A stretch of DNA of 63,927 nucleotides, filler included, from Bigelowiella natans CCMP2755 (taxonomy: Eukaryota; Protista; Cercozoa), in assembly GCA_000320545.1 (NCBI GenBank). It is 3 parts of 3 records of this genome, joined end to end, with 100 filler letters (N's around TTAATTAATTAA, not from the genome) between each part and the next. Parts side by side here need not be neighbours in the genome. Positions count along the whole stretch, not along the records: positions 1 to 31,408 come from ADNK01000238.1; 2 more parts are not named here. One strand, written 5' to 3'. Made by a program: the position numbers and the translations under genes. The number at the start of each line of letters is the position of its first letter. Position 1 is the first letter of the stretch. Shown here piece by piece: positions 13,687 to 26,114 of this stretch. The notes under the pieces are model-generated. The model was not told the DNA's origin. It ran no database searches and was given only the letters and a program-made list of their open reading frames with translations.

Positions 13687-14448
13687 GGTAGCCGATATCG
13701 AGATAGGTATGTTCGATGCTTTCAGGACGCCTTGAATGGGCTAGTTTGCACGTCTTCAGGAAAATTATTCGACTTCCTCCTTCTCTTTCATCGTCGCCAT
13801 CTGCATTGTTTGCTACGCCGCTCTTCCATCTTCCTACACCTTCTGCATCATCATCATCGCCTTTTGAGGAGCAGCAGCTCTCCATATCGCGGGAAAGCTG
13901 CCGCTAACCGTCCCTCACGTCGTGAAAATTTGTCGCACATCGCCTCATGAACATCGCATACTTCAAAACTATTAACGAACGCCAACGTCTTCGATTGGAC
14001 CGTCGATCATCTCCACTTTCCGCCTCCATGCTGTCTTCTGCGCGTTTTCGGCTTGTTTTCAACTACACTACCACTTTCCTCTCTCCTGCCACATCTCGTC
14101 TTTCGAATCCTGAGGGTACCCCAAAGTGAATAAACGATGTATTTACTGGTAAATCATTGTTCTGACGTGTATTCATGCTTTTGGTCTGATTGACTACTTA
14201 GGTCAAGGAGTAGGGAGCGGGAGAGGAGCCGCCGGCGTCGCGATGATTCACGTGAACGGCGTGATAGAGGTCGCGATGACCGTGACCGTGACCGCGATCG
14301 CGACCGTGACCGTGACCGTGACCGTGACCGCGACCGCGATCGCCGCCGTCGGCGTGACGACCGCGATCGACGTGACGATCGTGACGATCGTGATGAGAGG
14401 CGTCGCGACAAAGACGATAGAAGGGACGATCGCAAAGAGCGTGATTGA
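13185..14448 (+). CDS. SR splicing factor, SRSF3/SRSF7-like (RRM, Gly tract, RS/RD tail), 3 exons
   Basis: KVYVGNL (RNP2) | [36 protein letters not shown] (RNP1). Exons about 13185-13256, 13441-13707 and 14202-14448. First in-frame stop is TGA at 14446-14448; the RD-rich frame continues to TAA at 14550. Confidence 0.9.
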
Positions 14449-15297
14449 GATGATGACCGTGATCGTCGTCGCGATCGTGATTATGACCGTGACCGTGATC
14501 GTGACGCGAGGGACGAGGACAAACCGAGGGATAAGCGTGCAGATGATTAAAGAATAAGAGGGCCGGAGCAGACCTGAAAGATTCGCTATATCAGTGTCGT
14601 GTGCTAGCAATCACACTCTACTCAGATCGATTCCCTACACAATCATTAGGATTTTTGCGGCATACCGCGATGTTTCACCCTGATCCAAACTACAAATATA
14701 ATTTGCAATGATATAAAATTATGTCAACAAGTTTCTTAAGATGTCATATTTCAGTGTGCGGAATGCTGTGGCTGTGCGTGTGCATTGGTAGGATCCGAGC
14801 AGAGTGTTAGATGACACATGTGCAGGGTCATTATATATACATTGATGAAGGGATGCCTAGTTAGCCAAGCCAAGAATGCATTTACGAGGGTGTGGATTCC
14901 GCTGATCTTGCTGCTTGGGGCATTTAGTGCTGCGCGATCGATCTCTAGATCGGCTAGTCTGGGCGACGCATCTGCGCTTCGAGTCTTCTGCTGTGGCATG
15001 CACATCATGCGTAGTTACGTTATCGTGAGTGCGCGTGCGCGCTGCGTCTACGCATCGAGCCACGATCCATATTGCGATGCTTGCGTATGATGTATGTACG
15101 ATACGTGTATGTATGTCGTCGATTATGCATCACACATCTCTGCTGTGCTAGTGTGCAATGCGTTCGTAGCTAGCATTAGCACCACACACAGCATAGCTAC
15201 GCTGTCTAGCTGTCACACCGCATCACAATAATAGACACACGTACATGATGCCATAATGTACATGCATAAGTCATCTGTACGCATGCCGCAATGTGTG

Positions 15298-15341
15298 AGG
15301 ATGGCCATTGAACAAATTTAATTAATTTAATTACATCCGCC
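15298..15341 (-). repeat. Conserved bipartite hairpin motif, copy 3
   Basis: Reverse strand reads GGCGGATGTAATTAA-attaattaaatttg-TTCAATGGCCATCCT. Confidence 0.8.
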
Positions 15342-15625
15342 TTACACATGCTAGCATGTAGATGTGAGAATGATTTGTACGCCAGCATGCACATCTAGGT
15401 GTGCTTCGCGGAGCTCGATTGCGATGTCAGATGCGACATCGACCGTTGTGCATCAACCAAGCTAGTAAGACAGAGGCAGCTGCATCGAAACCATAGCAGC
15501 AAGCAATTGGCACGCTCGCCAGGTGCAATGCATCCGATCCCGGCCGTAGCAACTGCAGTTTCCATCAGGAAATTCACTAAGAAGGTTCTAACAAAACACG
15601 ATGTGCCATTGATATGTGCAGCTCA

Positions 15626-17886
15626 TCATGCATCACTGTCAGACTCTGGTTCTGGCTCATCGGGATCCTTGCCGGGAATTTTCTCTCTCGCAAGATTCGA
15701 CGTGTCCATTGCCTTCTTGTGCTCCTCTTCCATGTGCTTCTTGAGATCTTCCTTCTTTTGAGTCCTTGCCATTTGCAGCTGAACCTTTACCATCTCCACC
15801 TGTTCGAATTACGTACGTCAGAGAGTGAGCATGTTCCGTGTCGAGGGGAGAATGAATTACAAGATTACGACCAATTTCTCCCTCTCTTTACCACTCCCCC
15901 CCCCCCTCTCTTTCCCTCCCTCTAACAACCTGAGGATGGGTCTTGTGGAAATTCTTCAGAAGAATATTAAGCGCACGAGTGTATCTGTAGGAAGAGTAAA
16001 AATAAGGAGTTGGAGTGATTGGGGGACTTTATTATTCTGATCCAACATCAGAGATATGTGAATTCAATATCTACATACAGTGTAACGGCCTCGTCGAAAT
16101 TGCCGTGCATGCCCTGCAGCGTTGCAATCGAGCGAAGATTTTGTGCTACATCCACGTGTGAGTTGCCAAAGATGTTCAGTCTCATGTTCAGGGCCTCCTC
16201 CTGGAAGAATAGCAGTTGGTTCAGATATTCCAGCATTACACCGTCACATCAATTGCTATCGCCCTCTCTTTCCTTCTGTAGATTCGGAGGATTGCACAAG
16301 AGACGAGGGACAAAACTCACACCTGTTTAAGCAGCGCCTCGTCGTACATGCCCATCTGCGAGTAGATCTCCCCTAAATACTCGATACTTTGGGCTACCTG
16401 AAACACGCGGGATGGATATATACTTATGGTAGGACGAATGACATATTTTTTTCTCTTTCCTACCTCAGGATCATGTTCTCCCATTTTCCTTCTCCTTATA
16501 TCCACTACTTTCTCGTAGAGATTCAGCGCTGATGGGTAATCACGTTCCCTAACGATGATGGAAGCATTAGTGGTAAAGCCAGTGAACGAGATACGATAGG
16601 TGGAAGTTGGTGCAGATAATCAGAATTTTCCAAACTTGCGATGAACGTACTCTCTATTCGTAATCACGGCTACTGTGCATGCACGCCTTTGGAAATAGAC
16701 GGTGTGTATTATTCAGTTGACTGACCTCATGCAGAGGTCAGCAGCATAGCGCAGAGAGGATGCGAGACCGATAGGGTTTGTAAACGCGAGCTCCCGATGC
16801 AATGAGCATGCATCTCGGAGATACTTCTCGGTGAACGATTCCTCTGACCGGTCTTTCCTTACCACCTAGGGTGAGCGAGAACGGAGGGAGGGAAGAGAGA
16901 GAGAGGGAGAAAGAAAGCGCGGGATCATCTGGCCGATCTTCTGGTTGCTACAAACAATGTTTTGGGTACCTTCTCAGGGTCCCAGTCAAGGTGCACAATC
17001 ATGCTGTTGACCATGACGTATTCCCCGGGCTGTATTATGCCCGCAGGGAGACCACTCGAAGATTTAGTCGATTGCTTTGGCGAGGCGGCATCCTTCGCTT
17101 CCTTCTTCTTTTTCGGCTTTTTTATTTCGCGGGGGTCTACTATCCTCTTTGTTAGGTTTACCTGAAAAAGCAAGCGGGGGGGAGGAGGACTCAATAATGC
17201 GCTGGAGATATCACTTTGGGTGGTGATGGCCCAGATCGGAAATAAATGGCACTGGTGACTATGGGGGCACTTACGTCATTGATAAAGGAGTTTCCATATT
17301 CATCGTAGAGTACGACTGTGCCGCCAAGCCGCTTTGACTTCTTCATCATCTCCTCCACCTTCCGCTTATGCATTTCCAGCGTTGTGTGCAACATCGTCAG
17401 GCTGCGTTTCTCGAACGTCCTTGAAAGGAGAGAAGAAAATGGTGATGGAAACACTTGTCTCAAAGCAAAATACTCCACTAATTGGGGGAGAAAATGATTT
17501 TTATAAGGACAGCCCTACAACTAACTATTACTTTTTGTCCTTCTCCCGCACGTCAACGACTTGTATGCCGAGTTTGGGATTTAGTGCCGACTCATCCTCA
17601 TCTTCATCCTCGTCCTCGTCCTCGTCCATGTCCGGTGCCTCCGGAGGCAGCTCGAAGTCATAGGCTGTGCGGATCATTGTCTTCCTTTCCGTCGTTAAGT
17701 TGGCGTATAAAAAACGCAGTTGGCCCTGGCATGCATTGTTCTCGAACTTGAGTTTCTTTAACTGAGACAAAAGAAGGGGAGGAGTAGTAGACATAAGGGA
17801 AGATGGATAATAAAGACGGAAGAGGAAGAACCGAAATTCACTTTCACTGAGCTATACACTATTCATATATTTGAATTCTCTCTTTT

Positions 17887-17934
<48 letters not shown>

Positions 17935-18736
17935 CTGTCTGTCTCTGTGTATTCAATATATACGGCTTTATGCGTATGCGTGGGCTGTACACAACGAAAT
18001 CAGCTACTTGTCGGTGTTATCTATCGTCTCATTCAATAATGACAACAGCGATGCTGATGAGCAACCTGTTCTTTGAGGTTGTTAAGCTGCCTCTCGTAGC
18101 GCTCTCCTAACGTCTCGGCTGGACCCACGGTCTTCAGCACTTCTTCAGCCTTACCGGTGGCCTTCGTAGATGTTGGCCTCTTTGGGCTTGCGGGAGATAT
18201 TGGTGGCAGCTTGAGTGGCTCTTTTTTCTTTTCCTTGCGTGTTGCATCGTCATTGTTATCCTCTAATAGATGTGGATTACCCTCCATCAATTCGTCCTCT
18301 TTGCGCACAATCGCTTTATGCTCGCGGATCTCTTTGAGCCGCTCCTTTGAAGGTGGCGCCCAGTCGGCAAACTCGTCTCTTTTGTGTCAAATAGATATTT
18401 GGGAGAGGAGGGAGTCAGTACGAGGTGTAGAGAAGGAAATATTTTGATGATAGATTCATGATTATGATGACAATAATTAACTTCGCCTTTCTCCCCCATT
18501 CTTTATGCCTTTCACCCGCACACCATTAAATTATAATCGCATAGGAACCTTATCATCGGCACCAGAAGATATGTGGGGAGGGATTTACCTATATTCAGCC
18601 ATTGTTCTAAGGATGACAGCGGCAGCGTCCAGGGCTTCACGCACTGAATCGAACTCCTCTGCCACAGGAAGCGCTTCCTGAGAAGTGTGTAGTACAGAGT
18701 CAGTATCGTTACCATTCCCCAAGCTCTAGTTATTGC

Positions 18737-18806
<70 letters not shown>

Positions 18807-19983
18807 TTCTCTATCTTTTGCACTACAGAGTCTCATACGCTTTAAGTAGCAAAACAACATTCACCCTTCTACATTCCAAAACCTTGATTTCGTTTGCTAT
18901 TATTCTTTCATCATAGGTAGCAATGCAGTTAACGAGGCGGATGTGATAGTGAGCTTCAACAGCCTTCATGTGACGAATTTCAGCTTCCTCGCATATCTTA
19001 TCGATCTTCCGTAACGACTCAAAATAGTACTCCTTTATCGTCCTTTTGTCTGATCTGGTAGAAGCAAGAAGAGAGCATATATAGTATATGTGAGTAATGA
19101 AAACAATGAGCGCACAGCTCAGTCGGTATTCTCATAGACCATCATTACGATGTATCCCTTTCTCACGCCCCCAAATGGCTTCCATCCTCCTCAAGCATTG
19201 CGATGTTTAGCTACATATTCTCTCTCCTCGTCTCTCTTTACCCCCCTGTTGCCGAAAAAAGACTTCAGTACCCCTTAAGCTTGTTCTGATACTTGCGCGA
19301 GGCCTGGTGCTTTATCTCTGGCTTGGTCGACTCCATGCCTTCTCTAATCGTTTCGTATAAAGTCGCCAGTGCATGCTGCTCCTGAATTCGCTTCTTGGCC
19401 TCTTTACTCTCCTTACTAGGTTTGGTCAATACCTCGATGGCCTTGATCGCCTCGAAGGTGTCCGTATATGGCTTGATCAGACACGGCGGTAGCATCATGG
19501 CTGTATTTTAGGAAGAGAAAAAGAAAAGGTGATCGAGGATCAGCAAACATACTCTCCATCTCTATTTTCTCCCCCTCTCAGATCCTTGCGAACAATAAGA
19601 GCAAAAGTGACAAAGAAGAGAGAACGCCGAAGATAACGTAACTGTTAGCCATCTGGTGCTTCTCCTCGAGAACTTTCATGGTTTTTTTGAGCTCTTCTTC
19701 TTTGCCGCTGTGTCTATAGATACAGAACCACTCCCAGCATACGGAGTTGAATTCCAAACAGAGCCGTGTTCGAGCAAACATCTATAAATTGGGATTTTTT
19801 CACGAGTTTCAGTGGTTCACACAACATCACAGCACGCCAATATTCTGTAGACGTATTTTTCCTCGTTCATACAAAACTAGCAGCAGTGTGCTCTCTCAGA
19901 TGAAGCTACATACTGACCGTCTCAGGGAGGCCGATGTCCCCAAAGTTGGCAACTTCTTTTTTCTTGAGCTTAAGACGGGACAT
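15626..19983 (-). CDS. Large multi-exon protein with coiled-coil N-terminus and C-terminal kinesin-light-chain-type TPR repeats
   Basis: TPR exons RDYPSALNLYEKVVDIRRRKMGEHDPE|VAQSIEYLGEIYSQMGMYDEALLK and EEALNMRLNIFGNSHVDVAQNLRSIATLQGMHGNFDEAVTLY. Start MSRLKLKKKEV at 19983, stop at 15626. Confidence 0.7.
18742..18804. repeat. Intronic (TA)n microsatellite; one of many (CA)n, (GA)n, (TA)n and (CAT)n intronic tracts
   Basis: Perfect TA run inside an intron of the TPR gene. Confidence 0.95.
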
Positions 19984-20508
19984 TGTATCGTTCTTATTTG
20001 AAATCTTTGCGTCCTCTATGTACAATGCCTCTCGATTCTAAATATCTTATCAAACTGCTGTGCACAGCCCTGCAATAAGTTTTTTAATTGGTGCTCACGC
20101 CTTCGATTATTCCCTGTTCAACAGTCAAAGTCAGCGTCTTAGCCTAAGATTGTCACTTTCCTTGCAGCTGCAAGAATAAGCTACACGTATAAGGAATTCC
20201 TTAATGATATGCAGGATGGGGGATATAGCAACGGCACGAAGCGGTGAAAACTGCTCTGGTCTCCAATCACCTGGGAGCCATCTTTTCCAAGCCGTTTCAA
20301 ACTGGTAAGACTGACTAAAAAACGTCCTGGTATTGCAATTCATTTAGTGAGAAAGGTCATGTCGCAAGAAATGCGCACAAGGTTTTAGCAAAGTGTTCGA
20401 AATATTTACTGAACAGAGCAGATTGCTTCATTACGACAAGTGTGTGCAATTGTCGTAACATTGAAATGCGGGTTGTCGTACGAGATCCTTTCAACACATG
20501 CTCCTGTA

Positions 20509-21362
20509 GAACTGCTTCATTCATTCACTCTCATCCATTCACGATGATCATCACTGTTCCCCTTGTCCACCTTCTTGAGGCGCATCCAGCTCATTGGCAG
20601 TGCTTGCAGCACATCTTGTTGGAACCTTGAACGAACGTGAGCCTTGAACCTTGAACCTTGCCCTGAAAAAAATCGAGCTCAATTGTCGAGCTCAGTCCTC
20701 TCCTGCCCAAGTTCCTGCGGTCCGGGTGGTGTTGCGTGCTCGAGCGCGCGCTTTTGCACAGCCTTCCCAGCCATTTGAGGCGCGTCCAGCTTGTTGGCAG
20801 CACCAATGCCAGAGTGGTCCACTTTCTCTAGTTCTTGGAGCATCGATCACGATCGTCACAACACAACACCAGCTGGCCAGCACGCCCGCACGAACGTGAA
20901 CCCTGACCCGCCCAACACCAGCCCCAACACACCGTCCTCCTTCACCCACAACCCACGATGGTCTCTCATCGAAAACACGGCTGGACAGTTTTGGATGCCC
21001 AAACTAGCAATCCCGCACGCCAGCACGGGCCAGCTAGCCAGCCCAGCTGTCAGCCAGTGGCGGACGGGCTGCCCTCCTCACACGTCCAAGCGTTGCCCAA
21101 AAATCACACGCACACCACACGCACGTGCAATGCATCGCAAGTGGGCAGTCAGTCTGGCTAACTGACCAGACAGTGTGTTCGGTGGTTGACGTCTAGACGT
21201 GCGTGCTGGCTAGCTGGCGTGGTGTGCAATTTTTTGAACACCTGCACGTTGCGTGTGCGCGTGAGGTGCCGTGGTGCGTGTTGTTGTGCCCCCCGTCATC
21301 GTCCTGAGTCAAGACGCGTGTTGTTCCTGGCACACTCGTCCTTTGAAAACCCCAGCGCCACT

Positions 21363-21400
<38 letters not shown>

Positions 21401-22051
21401 ACGTTCTCACCTGTCGACACACACACTGTTCATCGCATGCTGGCATGCCCAACGTTTTCACAATCACAAGTGTGCTTCTTTTCCGATGCACAGCGATGCA
21501 GCTGCACACTTCATTGCCAAGTTTGGAGTGTGAACACAAGTCCACTGGTTGGACACCAGTTCCATGTTGCGGTGCCAGCGTGCACTTTGATGTTCCAGTG
21601 AAGTCCAGGAGGTCTTGGGTGCACACTTGTGCTGCAAGCACTTCCAGACCGTTCACCAAGCTGGACGGTCTGAGTGCACCTCGAACAACAAACGAGTGGA
21701 ACATGCACGTGCTCTGCAAGCGTTTGGTCGCAGGTGGACCAGCTGTCCTGTTTTGGGAGTTCGAACCTGTTCGGTCTGGAAGACGACTGCGGGTGGCTAG
21801 GTGGGTGCCTCGACTGGTTGCGCTTGTGCTGCCAACACTGGATTGTTGTTTGGTCGAATGTGTGCGCAACGAATGAAGTGTTTTCAATCATTGAGCAAAT
21901 GAATGCGTGAACGGTGCAGCTGGAAGTGTCATCAGCAGTGCCAACTCCTGACGTCCAAACTTCGGGGAAAGAGGGATGAGCATTTTGCCCTCCCATTCTG
22001 AAAATTCAAAGTGTCGTCTTTGGAATGTGTCGCCGAATCATGCAGCCATCG
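20509..22051. other. TpA-depleted, CA/TG-enriched island (probable hypermutated repeat or transposon relic)
   Basis: Only 7 TA dinucleotides found by eye in 1543 nt. Flanks have normal TA density. No credible protein in the many spurious ORFs. Confidence 0.85.
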
Positions 22052-22345
22052 TAATTTGTCACACTTATCGCAATGTCGACAAAATTTAGATGTCGCGGGG
22101 ATTACACGACAAGAAATCGACACAAAAGCAGGAGCATTTGCAGGAAACACTTTTCATTTCAATCAAGGAGCACTCAATGTGGTTCAATAGAATTGTTCCC
22201 AGCCGCACCTCCAGCCGTGATGTGCGTCTTCATCGAAGGCCATCACATGTACTACAAGTGAACTTTTCAGATATGATAATGATTCACATACTTCAATATT
22301 ACTCAGTTTGATGGAATATTCAGTGTTGAGCGTAGCGTTGCAGTC

Positions 22346-25300
22346 ATGAAATTTACGCAGAACGAAAGCATTTCATCCCTGACACAAATGCAAAGGTAAG
22401 TTCGAAAGCTCATAATTATATTTCTGAAAGAAGAATGTGTGCGATTTTAGTAAACTCAAGCTAGAACTGAGGAAAGCTATTGTTCTTAAAGAAAAAGGCG
22501 AGTTCAATGACTGCAATAAGAAGTTATGAACTTTGTTCAACTTAATAAGTTTTCTTTCCTCTAGAACACAAAACACAAGAAGATCTCCAACAACTAGAGA
22601 TTTCCACCTGCAAACGTCGAAAGAAACAACTGGAGTTTAAGGTGACACCAATAGAACTGTGCGAACACAGTATGGCACAATTATTGTCTCAATGCTCAGA
22701 GGTATGGATCCGAGTTTCACGAAGAGCAACTTGCAAATCAAAACTTTCAAGATTCTATTTCGAAAATGTTTCTTGAAATTTCAAAGTCAAGGAAGTATGC
22801 AGAGCGAACTTGTGATTTGTTGAGAAAAAAGATCAACAGTGCTAAAACTGCAGCAAAATCGTTCATCGAAAAAAAACAAAATGCTGGAAGAAAATTAGAT
22901 ATGGGTATGCTTTTTGATAACTCAGAGTTTTCCATCATATTCTAAAAACATTTTTATCTCAGTACGAAATAAATCGCGAAAGCTTCACAAAATTATACAA
23001 GGGATGGAAAAGGATGCTAAAAGCCTTTCGAAAGATTTATCGGATGAAAGCGGTATTCTTAATAACGTAGATTTCAACACCCTTTTTCACCCAAAGTTTG
23101 TCATCAGTGACTTGGAAAAATAAAATTGAGATGAAGGAAAAAGAAGTAAAAAAACTTCAGCAACACCTTAAAAGCACAAATTCTTTCGTTGAGAAATCTA
23201 AACGAGAACTGAAAGCGCTCCAAATTCGTAAGAACACATGTGAAGAAAAAAATGATGAGTACACCGAAAATGTAAAAGCCATCAAGTTGGACATCGATAC
23301 TATCTCAGAAAAGGTTTTGGAATATTGAATTTAATCTACACCCTTAATTTATGTTACGTTCATATCAATAAAGCAACGAAGGCATCAGATACTAGAACGC
23401 GACATTTGCATAACCAAAGAGCAAGTCAATCTAAACAATCAGAGGTGAGTTCATTATTGTTTATGTTCCGAATTTTTGACTAGCAATTGTCTTATGTGAA
23501 AAAGATTACTGGCACTTAAGATTAACTTCGAGACCAGAGAAAAGAAGCTTGTATCAATGAAAAATATGAGTGATCAGCAAAAAAGAATTTGCTCCCTTCG
23601 AAATGATATCGATCTAGAGAAGAAGAAACTGCGAAATTACACTTCAGAAGTTGCTTCTTGGAATCCCGAAGAGCAAAGAGTCCGATTGGAAAACATTCGC
23701 AAACGGACCCGCATAAACAGCGAATTGCTTCGAAAATTTATCGAGAGACAGTCCAGTATTTCTACCGCTCTCCAACATGTTGAAAGGGAAGACATGATGA
23801 ATCTGAAAGAACTAATGAAGCTAATCGAAAGTGAGGATCTACGTCAGAGGAAAGGAGTAAAAGATTTCATCTCTTCAACGTTGGCTGAAAATGCTAAACT
23901 ATCCAAGCAAGTCCTCACAACATTATAATTAAGATCTTGTCAATCGTTGATGTATTGATTACCCAGGTAAAGGAAACTTCAGGCAAGCATGCCTCAGCTA
24001 ATAGAATGGCACGTTCGTTGGAACAAACAAATCTAGAGAATATTACCAAGTCAGAGTCCCATGAGCATCACACGTTGGATGCTGATATCGAAAGAGACAC
24101 AAACAAAGCAAAGAAATCACTTCAAATGTTGTCATCTCCAGTGCTAGGGCTACAAGAACATGAGTTAGAGGTTGAATTGAATCGGTTGAAAACACAGATC
24201 AAAGATAATAATTTCATTAAAATGGAAATTGATTTCAAGAAGAACATTGAGGGAAAACAAATCTCACATATGAGGGAACTGGTTAATGTTGATAGCCAGA
24301 TAAGGGAAAAAGAAGAGATGTTAAAAAGATTAAAAGGATCAGTATCGACTAAAGACGAGAAAATTCAGCAAATGTGCTGTGAAGCAAAAGATTTAGCTCG
24401 AGCAGACGACACCGAGACTACAAAATCAACTCGGAAAGTGGGCAATAAGAGGTCAAGTAAGCTAGAGAGCAGAGTCTTAGCGAGAAGGAAAAGTACACGA
24501 ACTAACGTGAAACATTCATCTTCTTCCCTAAAATTGGAAGCAACCGAGAATGAATTAAGAAGCTTTAAGAAAGACTGTCCAACTTCAAATATTAATGGTA
24601 TTTATTATAATTGTGCTCTGTTCTACAGTATACCACTATGCAATGCTAATTCTGTATTGTGCTCTTAAACTAAAACTGATAATGAATTTAAACACATTCA
24701 GTTCGATCGAAACGATCGAAATCGACGTTTAAAAAGGATTGTAAAAGTCTTCGAAAATCCACTAGAATTGCTGCAAAGGTCTCGACAAAAAAATTGAAAA
24801 ACGATAGCTCCAGATTGATTGTTGGGATATCCACATCGTTAAAGGTAACTTATCAAAGAAAGTCTCGAAGTCGTCCCCGAAGAAGCACCCAAAAAAAATC
24901 TTGTGTAGAGAAATTTGCCAAAAATGAGACAGTATCATCTTCTGAAGTAAAGAGCAGAAGAGTAACTAGAAGTAAAACAAAAAGGCAATTTAAGTTGCCA
25001 GGCTCAACCCCCCGTACCAATGCAGACATGTTCAGCTTTATCGTCGCTAAAGACACAAGAAGAGCTTGTAAACTATCCAAAAAGTATTCAAAGAGACATA
25101 AATCTTCAACTCAAGGAAGTAGTTCCTTGAATGATCTTGAAGGTCTAAAGTCTAAACAGAGAATAAGGAAAAGCAGGAGTTTCCAAGGAAAGTTGAAGAC
25201 ATGCGAGACTGAAAAATATAAGACTTCTTCTCCACCAAGCAAGATAAGGGCTCACTCTAAAGACAATGGAAGCATAAATCAATTGAAAAGGCGACAATTA

Positions 25301-25488
25301 CAAAACTCGAACAGAACACATACTACCAAAGCCCCAAACTCGGAAGTTGAAAGCTCTTCTCAAGGAGACCTATGTAATTCAATGTGGCTTTTCGATGATG
25401 AGGTGAATAATTTTACGAAATATCACGGAATTCTGCTGAGTGTGTTGCTGGATAATTTTTGTAGGATCCTTTTTCGTTCCGAGAATAG
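22346..25488 (+). CDS. Long coiled-coil protein with basic Ser/Thr/Lys-rich tail ending DDEDPFSFRE (multi-exon, short introns)
   Basis: Heptad-rich exons within ORFs 23098-23328, 23557-23928 and 23937-24668. K/S-rich exon ~24702-25402. Final intron 25403-25464, then DPFSFRE*. Confidence 0.7.
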
Positions 25489-25802
25489 TTGTAAAGAAAC
25501 CACATGCATCAACATTGATATTTTTTTTTCACATAGCTAGCTTGGTGTCGAGATGTGCGCTACGCTAGTACGGAATGTAATGCAACGCATGTAAGATGTA
25601 CATGAGGATGATGAGTAACAATGCACAAAGGAATGCGTTGTGTGACCAATCTCTCGATCCAAGTGTGAAGGTTGCATTATAGTATGTACATGCTAGCAGG
25701 GCTAGATTTCTTGCCAATTGCTACGGGCATGTTATTGATGTTTAATTGGCGCAGTTATTTGCTACACGTAGCGCAGAGAACAGCAGAATATGTACGTCTA
25801 GA

Positions 25803-25835
<33 letters not shown>

Positions 25836-26114
25836 CTAAAAATACATCTGCGCGTTTTGCTGGATTGTGCAAAACACTGAGCAGAACTTCCGATGTCATG
25901 TACAACTGTTAGTGTTCGGATGCTATGCTAGTATGGGTGACATTCTCGCATGATTGATGCACACACATCAACGAAAATCTTTGAGGATGATCAAGAGAAC
26001 TTGTCACACATGTCTTATTTCATACATTCATGTACACTACAAATATTAATGTCTAATTTCGACCATGCGCTGCACACATGCTAGCGCCTTAACAAGAATC
26101 ACGCTCTCTAGTAT

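Noticed and set aside
13708-13726. 19-nt GT...AG segment at the start of SR gene intron 2, similar in size to nucleomorph mini-introns
   Set aside because: Other introns here are about 50 nt or longer, and a nearby AG is expected by chance. No support without RNA data.
20591-21996. Cluster of overlapping 70-200 aa ORFs on both strands
   Set aside because: A by-product of TA loss, which removes TAA/TAG stops. Products are Cys/His/Trp-rich with essentially no Tyr and no recognisable domain.
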